DNA from: Candidatus Hydrothermarchaeum profundi
Lineage (GTDB): Archaea; Hydrothermarchaeota; Hydrothermarchaeia; Hydrothermarchaeales; Hydrothermarchaeaceae
Reading direction: 5' to 3'
DNA: 64,000 nucleotides
Assembly: GCA_002011125.2 (NCBI GenBank)
Contig: MTMF02000009.1
Location: forward strand, 364,006 to 428,005
The position numbers were made by a program, and so were the translations under genes. Under the pieces are notes generated by a model that ran no database searches, had not been told where the DNA came from, and saw nothing but the letters and a program-made list of their open reading frames with translations. Shown here in pieces: positions 8,771 to 17,096 of the stretch (its first letter is position 1; each line of letters starts with the position of its first letter).

Positions 8771-11071
8771 TTACCAGTTTCTGTAACTTATAGGCAATGT
8801 AAAATAGAACTTGCTACCCTCACCAACCTTGCTCTCAGCCCATATTCTCCCACCATGCGCCTCTACAATCTTCTTAGCTACCGCAAGCCCCATTCCAGTA
8901 CCGCTATATCTCCTTGAAGTAGAACTTTCAATCTGATAAAAGCGGTCAAAGATCTTCTCAAGCTTATCTTTAGGTATGCCGATACCACCATCTTCTACGC
9001 AAACAACCACTTCTCCATCTTTCTTTTCAACACTTACAGAGATCTCGCCACCATCTTTATTAAATTTTACAGCATTATCGAAAATATTACGCAAGACCTG
9101 GGCAAGATAGCTGTAGTCCCCAATAACGGTGAGGCCCTTATCAATATCAACCTTAATCATTAATTCTTTTTTAGAGGCTGCATATCTGAATTCGGCTTCA
9201 ATGAGAGTTATTAAATGGTAAAGATTTACTTCTTCAAAATTCAACTTAATCTCGGCCTTCTCTATTCTCATCGCCTCAACTAAGTTGCTTATAATTCTCT
9301 CCTGCCGTATTAAAGCAGACGAAGCAATATTAATATACTTGTTCTTTTCCTTTGGATCTTTTTCTTCTCTTGCAATTTCAAGGGAACTCTTTATTATTGT
9401 GACAGGTGTCCGAAGTTCGTGGGTTACATTCGTGAGGATATTAGTCTTCAAGCTATCTAAAGACTTAAGCTCCTCATATGCTCTTTTAATCTCTTCAAAG
9501 AGTTTTGCGTGTGCAATTGCCACAGAAGACTGTGAAGCTAATGTGGTTAGAGTCCGTACCTGATCCTTTCTAAACTTTCTCCTATTCCGATTAGCAACAT
9601 AAAGTACACCGACGGGATCTCTTCCGCGTGATATTATAGGAACGACTAGGAATGATTTTAGGCCTTCTTTTTCTACTTCTTGGTAGGGCGCTTTTTTGAG
9701 CCTTTGGTCTGAGAAGAAGTCGTCCACTATTATCGGCTTTTTTTCTTGGATGGCGAGCCATCCTAGGCCTGCGCCTTTTTCTAGCCGTATTCTCTTAAAG
9801 TCCTCGGTATGTATGCCGTTAAAGCTGTGATGAACAATAACGTCATCCTCCACAAAGCCAAAAAAGGCAGCATCCGCGCCAGTAAGCTCCCTCGCCTTAC
9901 CTACCACAAATTGTAGGAGGGCTTGTAAGTCTAGGTTTTCTAATATATTCTTATCAATTTCATGAACTACCGTAAGTTCTTTGATATAACTATTTAGCTT
10001 TTCCTCCATCCTTTTACGCTGCGAGATATCTCGTAGAATACTAGTAAAGAATGTTCCTTCTTGTGTTGCCCACTTATTTATAGAAACCTCTGCAGGAAAT
10101 TCAGTACCATCTCTTTTAACGCCAAACCATTCAACCCTTTTATGGGTAATATCCAATTTTCCAGCAGCTATCTTTTCCATTCCATTCTCGAAATCTCTTC
10201 TAAAACGCTTTGGGATTATTATTGTAAGCGGCTTACCAATAGCTTCCCTAGCTGAATATCCAAAAATAGCTTCTGCAGCGTCATTCCAAGAGACAATATT
10301 TCCTTTTATATCAATAGTTATAATAGCATCTCTCGCAGTTTGCACAAGAGTGCGGTACTTCTTTTCACTTTCCCTTAGCGCTTTCTCAGCTTTTCTGTGC
10401 TCAGTTATATCTTTACCTGAGCTAACTGCGCCAATGATGTCCCCCTCTTCATCTGTAAGCGCTTTTATATGCCAACTAATAGTCCTTTCTTCGCCAGTCT
10501 TCGTTATAATGGGGTTCTCATAATATCTTTCGCTCTCGATTTCTCCTGAGATCAGTTTATGAAAAAAATGCGCAGCATACCTTCGAGACCTTTTAGGAAT
10601 AAAGTTGTTAAACCAGTTTTTCCCTATAATTTCATTCTTTTTATACCCAAGAATTTCACAGCCCTTTCTATTTATCAAACAAACCCTTTCATCAGCGCCT
10701 ATAACCACAAATATTACTTCCGCAACATCAAGATACCTCTCTGTCTGGTTTTCCTTTTCTTCTAGTTCTCGCAGAATCTTTATGATTTTATAATAAAAAG
10801 TGCTTAGAGCTTCTCCAGTAAAATCTTCATTCAAATTAATTGTCCTAATAACCCTAACTAAAAACTCGCAAGAACTTGACAGATTCCTATCATTTAATAG
10901 TTGCCGATTTTTCTGTATAATATTCAAATGAATATCTATTATTTTAGAAAGTGGGATCTTTTTTTCTGTGCATTGTTTGCCAAATGCAATACACAAATTT
11001 TCTTCAGCCAGATTGTTTAGATAAGCGGATAAACTCCTAAAATATTCTTTTTGTAACCATTCTTCTACTAT
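8771..11071 (-). CDS. Cytoplasmic sensor histidine kinase (RsbU_N-like, PAS, PAS, GAF, HisKA, HATPase)
   Basis: HELRTP H-box, NIFDNAVKF N-box, DGGIG and GTGMGL G-boxes; two PAS domains and one GAF. The ORF track starts at TTG 10996, but the frame is open to an ATA at 11071 preceded by GGAGG. Confidence 0.9.
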   Translation of the reverse strand: MVEEWLQKEYFRSLSAYLNNLAEENLCIAFGKQCTEKKIPLSKIIDIHLNIIQKNRQLLNDRNLSSSCEFLVRVIRTINLNEDFTGEALSTFYYKIIKILRELEEKENQTERYLDVAEVIFVVIGADERVCLINRKGCEILGYKKNEIIGKNWFNNFIPKRSRRYAAHFFHKLISGEIESERYYENPIITKTGEERTISWHIKALTDEEGDIIGAVSSGKDITEHRKAEKALRESEKKYRTLVQTARDAIITIDIKGNIVSWNDAAEAIFGYSAREAIGKPLTIIIPKRFRRDFENGMEKIAAGKLDITHKRVEWFGVKRDGTEFPAEVSINKWATQEGTFFTSILRDISQRKRMEEKLNSYIKELTVVHEIDKNILENLDLQALLQFVVGKARELTGADAAFFGFVEDDVIVHHSFNGIHTEDFKRIRLEKGAGLGWLAIQEKKPIIVDDFFSDQRLKKAPYQEVEKEGLKSFLVVPIISRGRDPVGVLYVANRNRRKFRKDQVRTLTTLASQSSVAIAHAKLFEEIKRAYEELKSLDSLKTNILTNVTHELRTPVTIIKSSLEIAREEKDPKEKNKYINIASSALIRQERIISNLVEAMRIEKAEIKLNFEEVNLYHLITLIEAEFRYAASKKELMIKVDIDKGLTVIGDYSYLAQVLRNIFDNAVKFNKDGGEISVSVEKKDGEVVVCVEDGGIGIPKDKLEKIFDRFYQIESSTSRRYSGTGMGLAVAKKIVEAHGGRIWAESKVGEGSKFYFTLPISYRNW

Positions 11072-11192
11072 TTTTCCCCCTCCAACTTACTAAAATTTGT
11101 TAAATTTTCCATAGACATCTTTTCTTGAATCAAGATTTCAATGTTTACATTATATAAAATTTATGTTAAATATTATAGAAAGAGTCATTAAA

Positions 11193-11381
11193 ATGGCCAT
11201 ACGAATAGAAATGAAAAAGCATTTTGCCCAAGCAAAAGTAACCGTGCGGAAACAGATAGCAATACCTAAAAAAGTCCAAGAAAAATTAGAAGGAATTATA
11301 GAAGGAGACTATGTGCTTTTTTTCGAAGAAAATGGAAGAATTTATATCGAGAAAGGTGAAATAGTTCCAGTGAAAGAATAA
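11193..11381 (+). CDS. AbrB/MazE/SpoVT family DNA-binding protein
   Basis: KVTVRKQIAIPKKVQEKL..IIEGDYVLF swapped-hairpin signature; alternative start at 11163. Confidence 0.8.
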   Translation: MAIRIEMKKHFAQAKVTVRKQIAIPKKVQEKLEGIIEGDYVLFFEENGRIYIEKGEIVPVKE

Positions 11382-11508
11382 TTCTAACATTAGAAGCTTT
11401 TAAACAATACCTCGTGTTCTTCTTGCAAAGGCAACTATGAATATAATAAGAACTCCACCAGAGGGGTTAAAAATAGCAAGAACAACTTGCAGAAAAAAGT
11501 ATTTCTAG

Positions 11509-12609
11509 TTAGGCTCTGATGAGATGACAAGCGCCCAATTTTAAAGAAACCCTTATTTTCTTACCTTCCTTAAGGGCCATTTTATCAACTACATGTCTAG
11601 GAACATCAATAATTAAGGGGGGATTTTTAAGTTTTATTCTAAACATAGCGCCTCCCTGAGGATGAATCTCAGCGATTACCCCGGTAAGGATATTTTTATG
11701 CTTTGGGTTCACCGGAATATCCTCTCTTATTATCATTATTTCCTCAGGCCTAATACAAACATTTATCAAGTCACCCTTAGTCAATCCAGGACCTGCCGCA
11801 GAGAGCCTAAATCCCCAGCTAGTTCTTATAATAACCTCTCTACCATTAGAGAATTCAACGACTCCATCTATAACGTTCTCGGTACCTACAAATTCTGCAA
11901 CGACCCTAGAGCGAGGTTTATAAAATATTTCTTCCGGACTTCCAATTTGCTCAATCTGGCCATTATACAATACAGCAATTTTATCAGCCAAACTAATCGC
12001 TTCATTCTGCTTATGGGTTGCAAGCACTACGGTTATTCCTATTTTATTAATCTTCATTATAATGTCCTCTATTGCCTTCTCTCTTATTGGGTCTAAGTTA
12101 GCTGTTGGTTCATCTAAGAAGAGAACATCTGGGGAAAATATAGTTGCCATAGCAAACGCGACTCTCTGCATCTCTCCACCTGATAGCGTTCTTGCATTCC
12201 TATTCTCATATCCTTTAAGCCCAACCATCTCAAGGGCTTCACTTACTTTATTCTTAATATAACTCCTTGAATAACCCCTAACCCTAAGCCCGTATGCTAC
12301 ATTATCGAATACCGATGCTCTAAAAAGAGGAGCCCCCTGCGCTACTAACGCCATTCTCCTCCTTAGCTCCAGCCTCTCGCTACCTCTAATTGAGGAAGCC
12401 TCTTTTCCAAAGAAATATATCTCCCCGCAAGTAGGAGCCTCGAGAAGATTTAAGAGTCTCAGTAGAGTAGTTTTTCCAGCGCCACTAGATCCCATCACAG
12501 CGAAAACTTCGCCTTTTTCAATCTTTAAGTTCACATCCTTCAGCGCATACTTTTCCCCATATTTCTTGCAGAGATTTCTAGCTTCAATCACAGACTCAGA
12601 CATTTTCAT
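11509..12609 (-). CDS. tupC: Tungstate ABC transporter ATPase with TOBE domain
   Basis: GSSGAGKTT, LSGGEMQR and LDEPT motifs, C-terminal TOBE region; in an operon with tupAB. Confidence 0.85.
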   Translation of the reverse strand: MKMSESVIEARNLCKKYGEKYALKDVNLKIEKGEVFAVMGSSGAGKTTLLRLLNLLEAPTCGEIYFFGKEASSIRGSERLELRRRMALVAQGAPLFRASVFDNVAYGLRVRGYSRSYIKNKVSEALEMVGLKGYENRNARTLSGGEMQRVAFAMATIFSPDVLFLDEPTANLDPIREKAIEDIIMKINKIGITVVLATHKQNEAISLADKIAVLYNGQIEQIGSPEEIFYKPRSRVVAEFVGTENVIDGVVEFSNGREVIIRTSWGFRLSAAGPGLTKGDLINVCIRPEEIMIIREDIPVNPKHKNILTGVIAEIHPQGGAMFRIKLKNPPLIIDVPRHVVDKMALKEGKKIRVSLKLGACHLIRA

Positions 12610-13339
12610 ATCCCTTTGAAAATCTCATTACATAATTGACCAGTACCACATTAACTATGAAAGCAAGGGAGATGAGTATTATCCCAAAGGCTATCGCTTC
12701 AGGTATATTTCCCTGCCGAGCTTCAACAGTGATAGCGGTAGTAAGGGTTCTTGTGTAAGAAACTTCTTGGGACCCGATGATATGCACAATATTCCCACCG
12801 ACAGTTAATATCGCTCCAACCTCTGCAATAGCTCTGCCAAATCCTGCAAGTATGCCCGTTAGAATACCTAATTTAGCCTCTTTTACAACAATCCATATAA
12901 CATCACTATATCTCCCGCCTAAGCTGAAGGCCATATCCTTAATTTTCTGAGGAACTTCTTCAAGCGCTGAAAGGCTTACTCCTAAAATTATCGGAGTAGC
13001 TAAGATATACTGTGCGAGTATCATTGCACTTGGAGTGTAAAGTAGATCTAGAAAACCTAAAGGGCCCCTCCTAGTTATCAAGAGAAAAACAAAAAGACCA
13101 ACCCCAACTGGCGGAAGTCCCATTGCTGTGGTTATCAATCCTTGGCTCATCGCTTTTCCTGGAAATTTTGTAAACGCCAAGAGAATTGCAAGCGGTATAG
13201 CAGTAAGTGTTCCAAGAACAACGGCGGTGCCAGAAACTGCAAGCTGAACCTTTGTAACGCTTAATACATATGGATCAAGAGAAATAATTAGCTTTAATGC
13301 TTTGATAAACCCCTCATACAAAAACTCCATGCTGCCCAT
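12596..13339 (-). CDS. tupB: Tungstate ABC transporter permease
   Basis: MGLPPVGVGL, GPLG and FGRAIAEVGA...GGNI...TRTLTTAI motifs. Confidence 0.9.
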   Translation of the reverse strand: MGSMEFLYEGFIKALKLIISLDPYVLSVTKVQLAVSGTAVVLGTLTAIPLAILLAFTKFPGKAMSQGLITTAMGLPPVGVGLFVFLLITRRGPLGFLDLLYTPSAMILAQYILATPIILGVSLSALEEVPQKIKDMAFSLGGRYSDVIWIVVKEAKLGILTGILAGFGRAIAEVGAILTVGGNIVHIIGSQEVSYTRTLTTAITVEARQGNIPEAIAFGIILISLAFIVNVVLVNYVMRFSKGYENV

Positions 13340-13345
13340 CTTTCT

Positions 13346-14170
13346 TCAAGCATTAGGATAAAACAAATGCTCACCATTTATAGTATAATTCTTTATGATC
13401 TCTTGCCCTTCAAGAGAAGTTACGAATGCTATATACGCCATAGCCATCTCATAATTCACATTGGAGTAAACCTTTGGATTTACTGCGATTATGCCATAAG
13501 GATTCATCAGCCTAGTGTCTCCACCCTTAACTGGGCCCTCTACCAGTATTTGGAGAGTAAAGCCCGGTTTATCCTTCCATTTCAAATAAGTACCCCTATC
13601 AGTTAACGTGTAACCCTGCTTCTCATTAGCTATGGTAAGAGTCTCCCCCATTCCCATTCCTAATAAATAATACCATTTGCCTGAGGGCTCCAAGCCCGCC
13701 AACTTCCAAATAGTTTTCTCTTTTTCATGAGTCCCTGAGTTATCTCCCCTAGAATAAAAGGGCACTTGCGCTTCATATATCCTCCTAAATGCCTCGGTTA
13801 CATTTTTCAAGCCCTTAATACCCGCTGGATCGCTCGCTGGACCTACAATAACGAAGTCATTATACATGACATCTCTCCTATTAACCCCATATCCTTCTGC
13901 CACAAACGCTTCTTCCCTTTGTCTCGAATGTACGAAAATCAAGTCGGCATTTCCTTCCTTAGCTATCCGAAGAGCAGCTCCTGTACCTTTTGCTATTACT
14001 TCTACTGTGCAATGATATTTCTCCTGAAATACCGGGTTTAATTGGTCTAGCAAGCCTGAATCGTAAGTACTTGTAGTAGTTGCCATAACAAGCTTGCAAT
14101 TCGATTGTATTGGAGGGCGAGTAATACAACCAAGTGTTAAAATTAAAATAGCAAGAAGCAATTTTCTCAT
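13346..14170 (-). CDS. tupA: Tungstate ABC transporter substrate-binding lipoprotein
   Basis: TTTS motif (ATTTSTYDSGLL), MYNDFVIVGP, SRGDNSGTH and lipobox LGC. Confidence 0.92.
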   Translation of the reverse strand: MRKLLLAILILTLGCITRPPIQSNCKLVMATTTSTYDSGLLDQLNPVFQEKYHCTVEVIAKGTGAALRIAKEGNADLIFVHSRQREEAFVAEGYGVNRRDVMYNDFVIVGPASDPAGIKGLKNVTEAFRRIYEAQVPFYSRGDNSGTHEKEKTIWKLAGLEPSGKWYYLLGMGMGETLTIANEKQGYTLTDRGTYLKWKDKPGFTLQILVEGPVKGGDTRLMNPYGIIAVNPKVYSNVNYEMAMAYIAFVTSLEGQEIIKNYTINGEHLFYPNA

Positions 14171-14260
14171 AAGAGTAAGATGAATAATATACGTTTATTT
14201 AAATTTTTTTATTTTTTGACGGAAAAGTAAATATATTAGTTTACATTATAAAAAAACTCA

Positions 14261-14665
14261 ATGGTAAAAGAAATGTTTCTAACCGAGAAGCAGCTAAAAA
14301 TATTAGCCCTTAGAAGTGAAGGACTAACTCAAGAAGAGATAGCAAAGAAGCTTGGTACTAGTAGAGAAAACGTGACGATTACCGAAAAAAGAGCAAGAGA
14401 AAATATAGAAAAAGCAAGACGGACTATCCTAGCATATGAAAGGCTTAATCCTATCCTAATGACAATAGAAGAGGGGACAGATATCTTTAATATCCCTCGC
14501 AAGATATTTAGAGAAGCGGACAAACATGGGATCAAAGTTCTTCACAATACTACGTCTCTAATAGGCATGTTAAGAAGAAAGGCAAGTGGAAAAATACTTG
14601 GAAATAAAGTCAATAAAACCTTTAAAATACTCATACTACGAAGCGGGAAGATAGAGATAGAATAA
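14261..14665 (+). CDS. tfx: Tfx family DNA-binding protein
   Basis: LTEKQ..IL.LR..GLTQEEIAKKLGTSRENV..EKRA.ENIEKARRT signature plus Tfx C-terminal domain. Confidence 0.85.
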   Translation: MVKEMFLTEKQLKILALRSEGLTQEEIAKKLGTSRENVTITEKRARENIEKARRTILAYERLNPILMTIEEGTDIFNIPRKIFREADKHGIKVLHNTTSLIGMLRRKASGKILGNKVNKTFKILILRSGKIEIE

Positions 14666-15091
14666 CTAAGGATGCTCCTCTATCCAAATTTCGCCTTCAG
14701 TTGTTATCTCCTTCTTCCATATTGGCACTATCTTCTTTAACTCATCAATACAAAACTTGCATGCTTCAAAAGCATCTTTCCTATGCTCTGCACCAACTAT
14801 AATTAAAACTATGTTCTCCCCTATCCCTATCTCGCCGAAACGGTGGATTATACTAACTTCTATCACATCAAATTTCTCAAGCGCCTTTTCTCTTAGTTCT
14901 ACAAGCTTTTTCTCAGCCATCCCTGGGTAGTGTTCGAAAACCAGCTTCTTAACCTCTTTACCTCTCGAGAAATCTCTAACAGTGCCTAGGAAGGTAACAA
15001 TGCCCCCTATCCTACGAGACTTCGCCTTAACCTTTTTAATCTCCTCTTCTATAGAAAAGTCTTCTCTTTGAACCTTAATCACTTTAACCAC
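14666..15091 (-). CDS. moaE: Molybdopterin synthase catalytic subunit
   Basis: GGIVTFLGTVR, HRFG, HRKDAF and IDELKKIVPIWKKE motifs. Confidence 0.95.
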   Translation of the reverse strand: MVKVIKVQREDFSIEEEIKKVKAKSRRIGGIVTFLGTVRDFSRGKEVKKLVFEHYPGMAEKKLVELREKALEKFDVIEVSIIHRFGEIGIGENIVLIIVGAEHRKDAFEACKFCIDELKKIVPIWKKEITTEGEIWIEEHP

Positions 15092-15332
15092 CAGAGACCG
15101 GAGGGAATATAGCTACTTCATCTCCATTTTTTATAACCGTATCCTCATCAGCTACCTTATGGTTTACGGCAATAATCGCATTTCTCTCGGCAAGAGGTTT
15201 TTTTAATGCCGGTATTTCATCACAAAGACGAGAAATAAATTCATTTAGGGATATATCTCTTCCTAAGGAAATATCAAAATTAGATTTTTTGGCTAGTTCT
15301 CTGAATCCTGCGAAAAGCTTCACCTTCACCAT
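15084..15332 (-). CDS. moaD: MoaD/SAMP ubiquitin-like sulfur carrier
   Basis: VKLFA...GDEVAIFPPVSGG with C-terminal diglycine; overlaps moaE. Confidence 0.9.
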   Translation of the reverse strand: MVKVKLFAGFRELAKKSNFDISLGRDISLNEFISRLCDEIPALKKPLAERNAIIAVNHKVADEDTVIKNGDEVAIFPPVSGG

Positions 15333-15341
15333 TTTATCAGT

Positions 15342-15950
15342 TCACTCTATCGTTGCATGCCTTACTCGCATCTGCTCTTCAGTTATGCCAAGGCGTGTCA
15401 TGAGCTCGACTATTAAACCGTCTAAGAAAATAAGGGCTGAGACCTCGAAAAGTGTTCCAAGAGGCGCGAGAGAATAATGCTCCCCTTTTATCTGACGCAT
15501 TAGAAAGTCTTTCTCACCCTCTAATTTAGTTCTTCCCTTCACCACCACCACATAGTCTGCAATTTTCCCAAGAGTTGAATTCGGGTAAGAGGTGATTGCC
15601 GTAATCTTGGCTTTAGCATTCTTAGCTATCCTTGCCGCATTAACTATCGATATGGTTTCTCCAGAACCGGAGATTGTCACAAGACAGTCTTCTTCCTCTA
15701 TGGCTGGATTAAGTATCTCGCCAATCACATAAACATTTATTCCCAAATGCATGAGACGCATTGCGAATGCCTTTGCAACAAGCCCGGACCTCCCGGCCCC
15801 ATATACAAATACCTTCTTAGCATTAAGTAAACAGTCTATCATAGCGTTTACTTCACCAGGATCTAAAGAATCCACTACACCCTCTACATGCTTTAATATG
15901 CTACGCATTGCTTCTTTTAAAATCTCCATATTTTTTCCTCTAACCTTCAT
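15342..15950 (-). CDS. hxlB: 6-phospho-3-hexuloisomerase (SIS domain)
   Basis: GAGRSGLVAKAFAMRLMHLG, SGSGET, PLGTLFE and C-terminal RHATIE motifs. Confidence 0.93.
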   Translation of the reverse strand: MKVRGKNMEILKEAMRSILKHVEGVVDSLDPGEVNAMIDCLLNAKKVFVYGAGRSGLVAKAFAMRLMHLGINVYVIGEILNPAIEEEDCLVTISGSGETISIVNAARIAKNAKAKITAITSYPNSTLGKIADYVVVVKGRTKLEGEKDFLMRQIKGEHYSLAPLGTLFEVSALIFLDGLIVELMTRLGITEEQMRVRHATIE

Positions 15951-16757
15951 TTATTGTTCCTTTTTATTATTTGGACAGTGATTATATTCACATGCCCTAC
16001 AATCTCCCCTAATAGGCTTAATAGGTGTTTCGCCTTTAATTGACTTTATTATTTCTATTGCTTTATTAACATCTTCTTCTTTACCAATAACTATAAAAGT
16101 CCTAGAGGTATTTCCCCCTACTCCACCTGAAGCGATATTTACCGCCTCTGTGCCTGATAAGATCCTAAAAGCTTCGATTTCAGTCAGCAACTCTCCAGTA
16201 AAAGGCATTAGACCTACCGGCACTCCATCAGAATAGTCCATTTCATATATCCCGGCCATATTAGAGGAATTGTTTAAGGAGTGAGGTACCAGCTTTTCTA
16301 GACCAACCGGTATTATTAACTTCACACCTTTAGCTTTGATAATACCAAGCACCTTCGCAATTGTGCCGCCAAGCTTGCTCGCCATCATTACTGCTGCTAC
16401 TCCATTAAAATCAACCGCGTTCGCACCTTTAATCATAACATCCCTAGGGCCCATCTCCTCAACGGCTTCATCTATCCTTTTATCAATAACTTTTCCGTTC
16501 TTCAGTATTACTTCACTTAATCTCTCCGACTTTGGTACTACACATGCCCCTCGAATTTCATCTATATAGCCGGCAATGTATCTCTCTTTTTCTAACTTTT
16601 TTCCAAGTATCTCTTCCACTACGTAGCTATTGGTCGAACCTAGAGCAATTGCTACAATACCCCTACCTAAGGCTTTTTTTACCAGAGGATGTTCTTTAAC
16701 TGCTTTTGCAATCAGTCTTCTAGACTCCGCTGGTGTAAGGGAAATTTGAGCTTTCAA
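15951..16757 (-). CDS. Conserved hypothetical protein (possible RpiA/CoA-transferase-like fold; C-terminal CxxCxxxxC)
   Basis: LTPAESRRLIA, GSTN, KGANAVD, GGTI and PVGLEK motifs; Cys-rich tail CRACEYNHC; abuts hxlB. Confidence 0.6.
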   Translation of the reverse strand: MKAQISLTPAESRRLIAKAVKEHPLVKKALGRGIVAIALGSTNSYVVEEILGKKLEKERYIAGYIDEIRGACVVPKSERLSEVILKNGKVIDKRIDEAVEEMGPRDVMIKGANAVDFNGVAAVMMASKLGGTIAKVLGIIKAKGVKLIIPVGLEKLVPHSLNNSSNMAGIYEMDYSDGVPVGLMPFTGELLTEIEAFRILSGTEAVNIASGGVGGNTSRTFIVIGKEEDVNKAIEIIKSIKGETPIKPIRGDCRACEYNHCPNNKKEQ

Positions 16758-17039
16758 TTAATCAACCCTCTCTCTAATATAATCTATTCTACATTCAAGT
16801 TCTTTCGCTAATTTCTTTATTTCTTCTACTGCCTTATCTCTTTCTTCTTTAACTCCTACCAGATAAAATCTCATAATAGACGGCATCTTCTCTTCTATAC
16901 CCGCTTTTAGGGCAGCAAAAGAAACTTCACAGTGCATCACTTCTACATCTATATCTTTCAGTATCTCTGAAAGTTTGAATATTACTCCTCTTTCTAAAAT
17001 ATGTCCTACCATTCTTATTTCAGTCTTTGGATCTAGCAA
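16758..17039 (-). CDS. Small ACT-like (ferredoxin-fold) protein
   Basis: EIRMVGHILERGV resembles the N-terminal ACT-like domain of TIGR00300 (LOR/SDH-like) proteins. SD GAGGTG precedes TTG 17039; the ORF track starts at 17060. Confidence 0.55.
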   Translation of the reverse strand: MLDPKTEIRMVGHILERGVIFKLSEILKDIDVEVMHCEVSFAALKAGIEEKMPSIMRFYLVGVKEERDKAVEEIKKLAKELECRIDYIRERVD

Positions 17040-17096
17040 ACTATCACCTCTACGGTTCACTAATATTTAGTAGTTAATAAAACTACTTCTAATTAG

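Noticed and set aside
11400-11500. Short hydrophobic minus-strand frame (LQVVLAIFNPSGGVLIIFIVAFARRTRGIV)
   Set aside because: It has no ATG/GTG/TTG start or SD after the upstream in-frame stop.
11143-14250. Identical 12-mer GTTTACATTATA upstream of both abrB (11143-11154) and tfx (14239-14250), flanking tupABC
   Set aside because: It is short and AT-rich in promoter DNA, and there is no integrase or transposase. It cannot be distinguished from chance.
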